Positions 51,001-58,218 of a stretch of DNA of 64,000 bases are shown here, piece by piece. Source of the stretch: an uncultured virus (IMG/VR IMGVR_UViG_3300042479_000659). Its lineage: Duplodnaviria > Heunggongvirae > Uroviricota > Caudoviricetes. A program made the translations under genes and the position numbers. Under the pieces are notes generated by a model. That model was given only the letters and a program-made list of their open reading frames with translations, was not told the DNA's origin and searched no databases. Position 1 is the stretch's first letter. Every line of letters begins with the position of its first letter. The stretch is taken from IMG/VR virus record IMGVR_UViG_3300042479_000659, one strand, 5' to 3'.

Positions 51001-51090
51001 TGGCGGAAGCGGTGAGATTCGAACTCACGAGGGACGTTAATCCCTGCTGGGTTAGTAATCCAGTGCCATCGGCCACTCGGCCACGCTTCC
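51001..51090 (-). tRNA. tRNA-Ser(ACT)
   Basis: Long variable arm, G73, loop TT-ACT-AA, CCA. Confidence 0.8.
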
Positions 51091-51100
51091 TACAGTTGTT

Positions 51101-51334
51101 TTATGGCAAAATTTCGCTGGATAACACACCAGGTTGTGTGGCTACCCAGTTTGTGTATTCAGTTGCTCTTTCAAGCGTGGGCCATGTTCTTTCAACAGTT
51201 CGATTACCGTTTTCGAGTAGTATCTCTGTTGGCCACTCACCAATCCCTTCTCTCCATGTTATCTCTTTGAGAACATTTTTTGCGGCCTCTGTTAATACGT
51301 ATCCTGCTTCTACGAGTATTTTTGTTTTATACAT
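51101..51334 (-). CDS. Hypothetical protein
   Basis: 77 aa, AAGGA RBS. Confidence 0.6.
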   Translation of the reverse strand: MYKTKILVEAGYVLTEAAKNVLKEITWREGIGEWPTEILLENGNRTVERTWPTLERATEYTNWVATQPGVLSSEILP

Positions 51335-51357
51335 TATATTTTCCTTTAATAAATGTG

Positions 51358-51858
51358 CTAGAATTTTTCATTGATTCTGGCACGATAACTTGCAGTTGAT
51401 AATCCTTTAAACCGATCTGCCGCATAACTGGCAGCAAATGCATTGGGTTTAACTGATGGAGTTACATTACACGTTCCTTTAATGTAGCCAACAGCCTGTG
51501 ATATTACACAACTTGACCCATATTTATTGTCTGGATTGATATCTAAATGTACTTCAACATGACGATTTTCTAATACTTCGCCCAATTTCAAATACAGTTC
51601 CGATACTTTGTAAACTTCATTCATCAGACGCATACTTGGACGTGATGTTTTTTGATCAAAGTCCCGTTCACGATGTACTTCACCAAACAGTTTGCACCCA
51701 CTGTTACCATTGATATGCACCACAACTGCCAACACATAATCAGCATACCAAACACCGTTTACACGATGCCGCACAGAATCACACCCAAGATAAATCTTAG
51801 TCTCGGGAGTTTGTTCTTCAATGAACTTTTTTACTTTAACAAGATTTATCTTTTCCAT
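51358..51858 (-). CDS. RNase H-like YkuK family protein
   Basis: IYLGCDS, RLMNEV, EVHLDIN, AASYAAD. Confidence 0.8.
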   Translation of the reverse strand: MEKINLVKVKKFIEEQTPETKIYLGCDSVRHRVNGVWYADYVLAVVVHINGNSGCKLFGEVHRERDFDQKTSRPSMRLMNEVYKVSELYLKLGEVLENRHVEVHLDINPDNKYGSSCVISQAVGYIKGTCNVTPSVKPNAFAASYAADRFKGLSTASYRARINEKF

Positions 51859-51870
51859 AATATTGTACCT

Positions 51871-51955
51871 TGGTGCGGATGGTGAGACTCGAACTCACAC
51901 GCCTTTCGGCGACGGCTTCTAAGACCGTTGCGGCTACCAATTACGCCACATCCGC
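51871..51955 (-). tRNA. tRNA-Leu(TAG)
   Basis: ACGGT-CTTAGAA-GCCGT, variable arm, CCA. Confidence 0.9.
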
Positions 51956-51966
51956 ATTGTTTTTAT

Positions 51967-52902
51967 TTATTGACCGAGTTTTGTTGCAAATGATTCAAAC
52001 GTGCGGTCCATGGTTTTGATATTTTGCAAATCTAATTTGTAGTCACCAGACTTACTGACCAGATGTTTTTGAACCAATTCAGGCATGGCCAGTTTGATTG
52101 CTTGATTCAGGTCCTTGACAACTTGATCTCGCACTTCCCGAGGAGTGTCTTTTCTTATAAAGAAACTGTATCCTGCCACTAAGTTTTGATAGTCAGAGAA
52201 TCCGGGACTTGTTAAATTAGGCAAATCTGGAAAGTCAGTTGACTTCTTGTTGTCAAACACAAACAGCGGCTTTAGTGTTCCGGCAGTGATGTGTTGATTA
52301 ATATTACCGTAGCTGATAACAGCAAAGTCAAGTTGATTGTTTAAAATATCCACAATTACCTGAGGTATACTTTTGTAGTTGACCAAAATTCCTTTGACTT
52401 TCATCTTGTCTATGGCCAATGATCCGTAAATGTGAAGAGGACTTCCTGCTACAGTGCTACCATATGTTAGTCCTTTTTGTTTGCCTAGTTCTGCTAGCTC
52501 AGTGAGATTCTTGATGTTTCTTTTGCTGTTAGTAACCAATACCCATTGTGGAGAATAGAAATGTGACACTGGTTCAAAATGCTGTTCGTAATCAAATCCT
52601 GTTGATGGTTTTGCACTGGCATAGGCAGTTGATGCGTAGAACAAAATTGTATGCCCGTCTGCAGGGGCCGACATCACATGTTGAGACGCTATGGCAGCGG
52701 CTCCGCCGGGTTTGTTCATTACTACAACGCCAGATTTCCAGATTCCGTCTAGTTTTTCTGCCACAGTTCTTGTGATAAGATCAAGTCCGCCGCCTGCTCC
52801 TGTGGGAACAATTAGTTGTACAGGTTTCTCAGGAAACGACATTGCAGTGGCGCTGACACTTATAACAAGTGCGGTTAATAATGTTGATACAATTTTCTTC
52901 AT
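51967..52902 (-). CDS. Bug/TctC tripartite tricarboxylate transporter substrate-binding protein
   Basis: Signal peptide; FPEKPVQLIVPTGAGGGLDLITR, NKPGG, APADGHTI. Confidence 0.85.
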   Translation of the reverse strand: MKKIVSTLLTALVISVSATAMSFPEKPVQLIVPTGAGGGLDLITRTVAEKLDGIWKSGVVVMNKPGGAAAIASQHVMSAPADGHTILFYASTAYASAKPSTGFDYEQHFEPVSHFYSPQWVLVTNSKRNIKNLTELAELGKQKGLTYGSTVAGSPLHIYGSLAIDKMKVKGILVNYKSIPQVIVDILNNQLDFAVISYGNINQHITAGTLKPLFVFDNKKSTDFPDLPNLTSPGFSDYQNLVAGYSFFIRKDTPREVRDQVVKDLNQAIKLAMPELVQKHLVSKSGDYKLDLQNIKTMDRTFESFATKLGQ

Positions 52903-52923
52903 GGTTGCTTTCTTTAAAATTAA

Positions 52924-54057
52924 TTACGATCCAATGTCGTATTCCTTGCTCCAAATAAACGGCAAGTCATATAACATATTTTGCCGTTTAGTTCGAAATA
53001 GATTGTTATGCTTAAAATGATTTACTAGTGTTGTTTGGTTGTATAGATTATATACGCCTTTTAAGAAGTTTGCGGCCTCGGGTCGTCCAGATTTTAGATC
53101 TTCAACCAGGAATCTACTCTCCGGTGATGCTGTCTCGATGTCTTGCCAAGAACCGGTTAGATTTACATTTGAAATTCCTGCTAAACGTTCACTTAGCATT
53201 TTCTGCGATCGACTCACTCCATAGTTTAATTCCTGGTGTCGCCCGCAATCTAAACTCATTTGTTCAAATCCTTTGGTGGTTTTTTTATAATTGGCCTCAG
53301 CCAGCCCGCCATTGTGTAACTTTAGTTGATTTTGTTGAATGTACTTTTTAACATTGTTCTTGAACACATGACTTTGTTTGACAGCCAGCACTGGATCTAA
53401 AAAGAACGCTTCGATATGTGGCCTATTAAACCCTTGATCTAAAACCATTGCCAGTTGTCTACTAAACCATCGACCGTTTCTATAAACAAGTCTGGGTTTT
53501 TCGTACCCTGTGATGCATTTGAAAGTGTGCCCGCTGTACTTTTGGTATACCGCATCTTCTGTTGTGGTAAATGGAAGATTAAAATATCTAACTAACTCTG
53601 TTCTCTTGCTATTAAAAATCCAGTCTTCGCTGTTGACAAATGGATTGTGTTTGTTAGGTGCTCGGGCATCCAGCAACGTTATTTCGGTATGCGGATCCCA
53701 GTGATTCTTTTTTACCCATTCATACGCACTGGTAGGGAACCATGCAAATTCTTCTGAGGCAGCAACAATTATCTCATCTAGATGTATTTTATGTTTGGCA
53801 AATACATTGTAAATGGTTTGGCTGTCAAACCCACCACTGTAGTATAGCACTAATTTTTCGTATTTGTTCCTGAGCTCAAAGGCTCGATACGCCATTAAAT
53901 TATCAAATGAATCAGTTGATTCTGTAGTCCAGTCAACCTTATCGTATTGATCTTCGTTTAGATAGAACTTGACTGGATGCCCAGTTTCAGTAGAGTTTAT
54001 CCAAGCAAGATATACATTGTTATAAGGTTGGTTGTTTACAGTGTAAAAAGCGTTCAT
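52924..54057 (-). CDS. Adenine nucleotide alpha hydrolase (PP-loop)-like protein
   Basis: LVLYYSGGFDS PP-loop; GYEKP. Confidence 0.55.
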   Translation of the reverse strand: MNAFYTVNNQPYNNVYLAWINSTETGHPVKFYLNEDQYDKVDWTTESTDSFDNLMAYRAFELRNKYEKLVLYYSGGFDSQTIYNVFAKHKIHLDEIIVAASEEFAWFPTSAYEWVKKNHWDPHTEITLLDARAPNKHNPFVNSEDWIFNSKRTELVRYFNLPFTTTEDAVYQKYSGHTFKCITGYEKPRLVYRNGRWFSRQLAMVLDQGFNRPHIEAFFLDPVLAVKQSHVFKNNVKKYIQQNQLKLHNGGLAEANYKKTTKGFEQMSLDCGRHQELNYGVSRSQKMLSERLAGISNVNLTGSWQDIETASPESRFLVEDLKSGRPEAANFLKGVYNLYNQTTLVNHFKHNNLFRTKRQNMLYDLPFIWSKEYDIGS

Positions 54058-54073
54058 TTATTTTTATTTAAAT

Positions 54074-54149
54074 TGGCTCCCCAACGTGGGCTCGAACCAC
54101 GGACCAACAGATTAACAGTCTGCTACTCTACCGACTGAGCTATTGGGGA
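54074..54149 (-). tRNA. tRNA-Asn(GTT)
   Basis: GCAGA-CTGTTAA-TCTGT, CCA. Confidence 0.9.
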
Positions 54150-54155
54150 ATAATC

Positions 54156-54311
54156 TTACTTGCGTTCTTTAGACGAGAATGATGCAGGTGTTGCCTGTGC
54201 ATCAATCATGGCTCTTTTAAATCCGTTGCGATCGTGTTGATCTTTAAACTTTAACAATGCCATCAATGTTTTTGTACGTTTGCTTAGTTTGAATGCTGAT
54301 GTTGTTTTCAT
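54156..54311 (-). CDS. 51-aa basic hypothetical protein
   Basis: MKTTSAFKLSKRTKTLMALL...KRAMIDAQ...; AAGGA RBS, TAAATA upstream. Confidence 0.65.
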   Translation of the reverse strand: MKTTSAFKLSKRTKTLMALLKFKDQHDRNGFKRAMIDAQATPASFSSKERK

Positions 54312-54362
54312 TTGTTTCCTTTGGGGTATTTATTTGGGTAAAATTGCGATATAAATATCTGT

Positions 54363-54548
54363 ATGCAAACGCAAACACAAGATTTTATTTCAGTTAGTGG
54401 ACATCTACAAGTGCATCTGTCACTTAGTGAGTATAACACATCTTATATTTTTGTCAATGATATTTTCAATGATCGGCTAATTATGCGTTACTTTAGTGAT
54501 CATGAAACTGCTGTCAATTGGATCAAGACTCTTAAAGACCACTATTGA
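54363..54548 (+). CDS. Hypothetical protein
   Basis: 61 aa, TATAAATA-N5-ATG. Confidence 0.6.
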   Translation: MQTQTQDFISVSGHLQVHLSLSEYNTSYIFVNDIFNDRLIMRYFSDHETAVNWIKTLKDHY

Positions 54549-54556
54549 TCATATGC

Positions 54557-54632
54557 TGGGGAGAAGTATGGGAATCGAACCCATATTAACGGAATCACAA
54601 TCCGTGGTGTTGACCTTTACACTAACTACTCC
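54557..54632 (-). tRNA. tRNA-His(GTG)
   Basis: ACGGA-TTGTGAT-TCCGT, G-1:C73, CCA. Confidence 0.9.
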
Positions 54633-54637
54633 GTAAT

Positions 54638-54712
54638 TGGTCTCGCTTGCAAGAATCGAACTCACATTCAAGAGGTAGAAGCTCTTTGTATTATCCATTA
54701 TACTAAAGCGAG
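54638..54712 (-). tRNA. tRNA-Arg(TCT)
   Basis: AAGAG-CTTCTAC-CTCTT, CCA. Confidence 0.88.
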
Positions 54713-54714
54713 AA

Positions 54715-54792
54715 TGGCAGAGGGTACTGGATTCGAACCAGTGATCATGGAGTCAAAGTCCAATGCTTTAGGCCAAACTAAGCTAACCCCCA
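54715..54792 (-). tRNA. tRNA-Gln(TTG)
   Basis: TGGA-CTTTGAC-TCCA, G73, CCA. Confidence 0.88.
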
Positions 54793-54803
54793 GTAATAAT
54801 TGT

Positions 54804-54877
54804 TGGAGCGGGATAGGAGAATCGAACTCCTGACTAAACCTTGGCAAGGTTTCGTTTGACCATTAAACTAATCCCGC
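54804..54877 (-). tRNA. tRNA-Gly(GCC)
   Basis: AAACC-TTGCCAA-GGTTT, U73, CCA. Confidence 0.9.
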
Positions 54878-54880
54878 ATG

Positions 54881-54955
54881 TGGTGGTGATGAGTAGAATC
54901 GAACTACCACTGGACTCCGTATGAAGGAGGCGCACTACCGTTATGCTACATCACC
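54881..54955 (-). tRNA. tRNA(CAT): elongator Met or Ile2
   Basis: CTCC-TTCATAC-GGAG, G1-C72, CCA; Met vs Ile2 not resolvable by eye. Confidence 0.8.
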
Positions 54956-54957
54956 GA

Positions 54958-55692
54958 TCAGTCGAAGTAGTATTCAAGATCAGAGAGACCAGCCACGTTA
55001 GAATAATCTAAGCCGTGTATGTAAGACTCGCGACGCAAGTCATTTCCGGGAACCAAGTCTCGGCGAATGTGTGTCAATTCCATACATCCAAAAACGCCAT
55101 CAGTGTCATAGCCCACGTGATTGTTGCCGTGTACGTGTACAATGGCATAGTGCTCTTGCCACCGCTCCACAGCCTGTTGCCATTGTTTGCTACGATTGGC
55201 ACAGTTGTGCCATTCCATTGCAACGCCCACAATACGGTCGCGATGTTGTACGATACTTTCAATCAAACTGTATTCACCACCTTCAATGTCCATCTTGATG
55301 AACACCTGGTCTACGCCCATTCTGTCTAGTGCTCGTGCAAAGTTTTCTGGCCCAATGAACTCTGGCCAATGTTTTACGTTACCTTGAAAGAATTCATCGT
55401 ACATGGCTCGAATATCCAAGTGTCCACGAACAGGCGTATTGATGCTGATACGCATGGTATCTCTGGTGACACTGGCGTCATACATCTGAATTGGATCCTG
55501 TGGCTTGAGATCATGCCAGTCTTGGTCAAATGTAAAATCGTCACCTAGACCAAAACTTAGTAGGCCCTGTGCTTGTTCCACTGCTGAACGTGGCACAATG
55601 TAGCCGCCATCCATTTTTCCACCTAATCTAATTAGGTCAGGCACTGCAACGGGGCAGAGCCAATGTAGTTCTTGGGGTAGTTTAATTTTCAT
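54958..55692 (-). CDS. FkbM-like SAM-dependent methyltransferase
   Basis: RLGGKMDGGY, LSFG, FIKMDIEGGE, HVHGNN. Confidence 0.75.
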   Translation of the reverse strand: MKIKLPQELHWLCPVAVPDLIRLGGKMDGGYIVPRSAVEQAQGLLSFGLGDDFTFDQDWHDLKPQDPIQMYDASVTRDTMRISINTPVRGHLDIRAMYDEFFQGNVKHWPEFIGPENFARALDRMGVDQVFIKMDIEGGEYSLIESIVQHRDRIVGVAMEWHNCANRSKQWQQAVERWQEHYAIVHVHGNNHVGYDTDGVFGCMELTHIRRDLVPGNDLRRESYIHGLDYSNVAGLSDLEYYFD

Positions 55693-55810
55693 AATTTTAT
55701 TTATTGACTGGTTTTACACACCATATAAAAGCACACTATATGCGCCCTGGTTGTTAAGCGTCACTAACAGCCTGCAACCACGCAGGGTAGCCGTGTAATG
55801 TGCTTTTATA

Positions 55811-55884
55811 TGGTAGGGGTGCAGGGGAACGATCCCTGTTTTACGGATTAAAAGTCCGTTACTTCACCTTAAAGTTTCACCCCC
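55811..55884 (-). tRNA. tRNA-Lys(TTT)
   Basis: ACGGA-CTTTTAA-TCCGT; atypical T-loop ATCGTTC; CCA. Confidence 0.85.
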
Positions 55885-56006
55885 AATGGTTCTTGTTTTT
55901 GTGCTCGTCGCAAAGCCTTGTTGGTCTTGCGATGCGCACCTGCTTTGCGAAATAGTGCAAGACGAACGAAGCAGTTACGTTCGCGCACGATCGGTTTATG
56001 TTTCAT
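55869..56006 (-). CDS. 45-aa basic protein whose stop codon lies inside tRNA-Lys
   Basis: AGGA RBS; MKHKPIVRERNCFVRLALFRKAGAHRKTNKALRRAQKQEPLGVKL*. Confidence 0.65.
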   Translation of the reverse strand: MKHKPIVRERNCFVRLALFRKAGAHRKTNKALRRAQKQEPLGVKL

Positions 56007-56025
56007 ACAATTTCCTTTTATAAAA

Positions 56026-56099
56026 TGGTGGAGGATGCGAGAGTCGAACTCGCGAATGAGCCTTGCAAAGGCACCGGTTTCCCACTAGCCTAATCCCCC
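56026..56099 (-). tRNA. tRNA-Ala(TGC)
   Basis: G3-U70, GCC-TTTGCAA-GGC, CCA. Confidence 0.88.
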
Positions 56100-56103
56100 A
56101 ATA

Positions 56104-56302
56104 TGCTCTGCATCCCCCGGCGGTAATTATAGAGTATCAAGATATGACGCTATCATACCCATCACACACTCCTTCCACCCGCTTCCCGGCAGGGACCGTT
56201 CTCGCATTGCCAGCGGCCTTTGGGTTCGAAGACTACCACCCGTAGCTGTCACACTACTTCTCATCGTCAGGGTCTGACTATCCGGAGACACCCGGAACGT
56301 TC
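56104..56302 (-). ncRNA. Unassigned ~200-nt structured RNA between tRNA-Tyr and tRNA-Ala
   Basis: GC-rich, non-coding; ends pair (GTGTCTCCGG / CCGGGGGATGC; GTTC / GAGC). Confidence 0.5.
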
Positions 56303-56386
56303 TGGTGGAGATGATAGGGATCGAACCTATTGTGACTAAGTCGGAGGATTTACAGTCCCCTGCCATACCATTACGGCGGCATCTCC
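56303..56386 (-). tRNA. tRNA-Tyr(GTA)
   Basis: GGGGA-CTGTAAA-TCCTC, variable arm, CCA. Confidence 0.9.
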
Positions 56387-56391
56387 ATGTG

Positions 56392-56466
56392 TGGTACTCG
56401 ATAGCGGAGTCGAACCGCTCTTGCCTGGATGAAAACCAGATGTCCTAACCGATAGACGAATCGAGC
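56392..56466 (-). tRNA. tRNA-Glu(TTC)
   Basis: TCTGG-TTTTCAT-CCAGG, CCA. Confidence 0.9.
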
Positions 56467-56545
56467 AAAAAGAGGAGAGCCACGGTTGCAGGACCTAGTG
56501 TCTCGTTGCCGAGAGAAGTGTCCAGGCGATGCGGCTCTCAAAACT

Positions 56546-56620
56546 TGGCGGTCTGTGGGGGAATCGAACCCCCGTAAGTGGATAGACAATCCACAGTAAT
56601 AACCTCTATACGAACAGACC
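56546..56620 (-). tRNA. tRNA-Asp(GTC)
   Basis: GTGGA-TTGTCTA-TCCAC, G73, CCA. Confidence 0.9.
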
Positions 56621-56628
56621 AAAATCTA

Positions 56629-56843
56629 CTATTTTAAAACATACTAAAGGAACCATTGTGCATCTATGTCTACCTATAGGACCGTCTCCTATAGACCTGC
56701 ACGGTCATTACTGCCTACATGCTCCGCCGCTTTTCTGGACATTTCTGCCCGGTTTCATAGACCTAGCTTGAGCGTGGGCGGCCCCACAGTCCTCGCCTTA
56801 GATCCCTAACGGTGTAGGTAACCTTTAATACGTTTTAAAATAG
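56629..56843 (-). ncRNA. Unassigned ~215-nt structured RNA closed by a ~25-bp stem
   Basis: CTATTTTAAAACGTATTAAAGG ... CCTTTAGTATGTTTTAAAATAG terminal helix; internal hairpins GGGCA-GAAA-TGTCC, CTATAGG..CCTATAG. Confidence 0.55.
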
Positions 56844-56873
56844 CAACCCTTGCAGGTTACCAAAAACAACAAC

Positions 56874-57075
56874 TTTTTAAAGAACGTCTAGTTAATTTCC
56901 TAACTAGTCTCTAGTATAACACAATGGCTATATCTAGTCAATTTGTTTTGCAAAGTCCCTACACTGTGTAGGGTTATTTGCAGATCCAGCTAATTTCTTA
57001 ACTTGTTTCTATTATAGCAAAACGGCATTAAATGGTCAAGTTAGTACTTTAGTATACCCTACAGCAAGTAGGGTT
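56874..57075 (-). promoter_or_regulatory. Tandem sigma70 promoters plus boxB/boxA-like antitermination signal
   Basis: TTGACC-N17-TATAAT (57039-57011), TTGACT-N17-TATACT (56941-56913), GAAA hairpin 56907-56888, CGTTCTTTAAAAA 56886-56874. Confidence 0.65.
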
Positions 57076-57080
57076 ATTAT

Positions 57081-57154
57081 TGGCGTACCTCCAGGGACTC
57101 GAACCCCGACGAACAGTTTTGGAGACTGTGATGCTGCCATTACATTAGAGATAC
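57081..57154 (-). tRNA. tRNA-Trp(CCA)
   Basis: ACAGT-CTCCAAA-ACTGT, G73, CCA. Confidence 0.88.
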
Positions 57155-57160
57155 ATTATT

Positions 57161-57234
57161 TGGTAGCCTGTAGAGGTAACGATCCTCTGTCGCTCGATTA
57201 TCAGTCGAGTGCTCTACCATTGAGCTAACGGGCT
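57161..57234 (-). tRNA. tRNA-Ile(GAT)
   Basis: CTCGA-CTGATAA-TCGAG; atypical T-loop ATCGTTA; CCA. Confidence 0.88.
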
Positions 57235-57241
57235 AAATTTT

Positions 57242-57316
57242 TGGCGGGTCCTGCAGGAATCGAACCCACACCACTTGGTTCGAAGCCAAGCATGATATCC
57301 ATTTCACCAAGGACCC
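57242..57316 (-). tRNA. tRNA-Arg(TCG)
   Basis: CTTGG-CTTCGAA-CCAAG, CCA. Confidence 0.88.
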
Positions 57317-57320
57317 TGAT

Positions 57321-57396
57321 TGGTAGGAACGATTGGACTCGAACCAACCACACCCAGATTTTCAGTCTGGTGCTCTACCTGATGAGCTACGTTCCC
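57321..57396 (-). tRNA. tRNA-Phe(GAA)
   Basis: CCAGA-CTGAAAA-TCTGG, CCA. Confidence 0.9.
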
Positions 57397-57402
57397 ACGA
57401 CG

Positions 57403-57492
57403 TGGCGGTGTGACTCGGACTCGAACCGAGAACCCGGATTACGCCGAGCGACGGTTTAGCAAACCGCTCCGATACCATTACGGGACCACACC
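57403..57492 (-). tRNA. tRNA-Ser(GCT)
   Basis: GCGGT-TTGCTAA-ACCGT, long variable arm, G73, CCA. Confidence 0.9.
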
Positions 57493-58092
57493 GTTGATCA
57501 TTTTCAAATACTCTTGTTGTAATTCTTCCCAATTTAAAATTATGTCTTTGTACCGATACGGACTTGGTTGATGTACATGACCAACTTGCAATTTGTTGTA
57601 GCGTAAATCTAATTTATCAGCAACAAATTTTGCACCTTTATCTATTAGATCTTCATAATAGATGGTTACAACTTTTTTATAACCGGACAAGATTAAATTA
57701 CTTGCCCACATCAAATTATTCACTAACTCAATAAATTCTGCTTTATCAAAAACCAGTGGCTCTACAATCTTGTTGCTGTAATCTTTACCACTCCATTCAT
57801 CAACTAGTAGAGCTACGCACATACTCATCAGTTGGGCAAATATATCTCGTCTGAGACTCAGTATTAATGTCACAGTTGATTTATCTAAATCTCTAATTTC
57901 TATGAGATTATGAAGATGTATCACTGTGTTTTGATCTTTAATACCCTGCTGATATTTTTCTTTGTTGGCTGGGAGCCATATTGCATATGCGTCAGCTAAT
58001 CCCCCTTTAGTGCCTATAGGTCCGGTCAACATTTCTAATATGATGTGACTTCCGGTTCTTCCAGGAGAATAAATTACATATATGTTATTCAT
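57478..58092 (-). CDS. Sulfotransferase-like (P-loop, Stf0-like) protein
   Basis: SPGRTGSHII (5'-PSB-like), RRDIFAQLMS (3'-PB-like), IYYEDL; TAAATA-N5-ATG start; stop lies inside tRNA-Ser(GCT). Confidence 0.6.
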   Translation of the reverse strand: MNNIYVIYSPGRTGSHIILEMLTGPIGTKGGLADAYAIWLPANKEKYQQGIKDQNTVIHLHNLIEIRDLDKSTVTLILSLRRDIFAQLMSMCVALLVDEWSGKDYSNKIVEPLVFDKAEFIELVNNLMWASNLILSGYKKVVTIYYEDLIDKGAKFVADKLDLRYNKLQVGHVHQPSPYRYKDIILNWEELQQEYLKMINGVVP

Positions 58093-58117
58093 TGTTGTAT
58101 TTAAAGATTGATATTGT

Positions 58118-58209
58118 TGGCGGAAGACGGAGGAGTCGAACCCCATCCCTGTTAAGAGAACCTGGTTTTCAAGGCCAGTCGCAGGACCAACCCCGCTGCA
58201 TCATCTTCC
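58118..58209 (-). tRNA. tRNA-Ser(TGA) with 8/4 acceptor/T-stem
   Basis: GGAAGATG/CGTCTTCC 8-bp acceptor, GGGG/CCTC 4-bp T-stem, loop CT-TGA-AA, G73, CCA. Confidence 0.8.
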
Positions 58210-58218
58210 TAAAATATG

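Noticed and set aside
56264..56270. Hammerhead ribozyme core CTGACGA on the minus strand
   Set aside because: No stem II followed by GAAA and no matching stem III/cleavage triplet could be built.
56472..56541. SRP (4.5S) RNA
   Set aside because: Lacks the conserved domain IV CAGG/GGAA/AGCA motif.
58118..58209. Selenocysteine tRNA (selC)
   Set aside because: Anticodon reads UGA (Ser), not UCA; the D-stem is 4 bp; no in-frame TGA selenoprotein candidate was seen.
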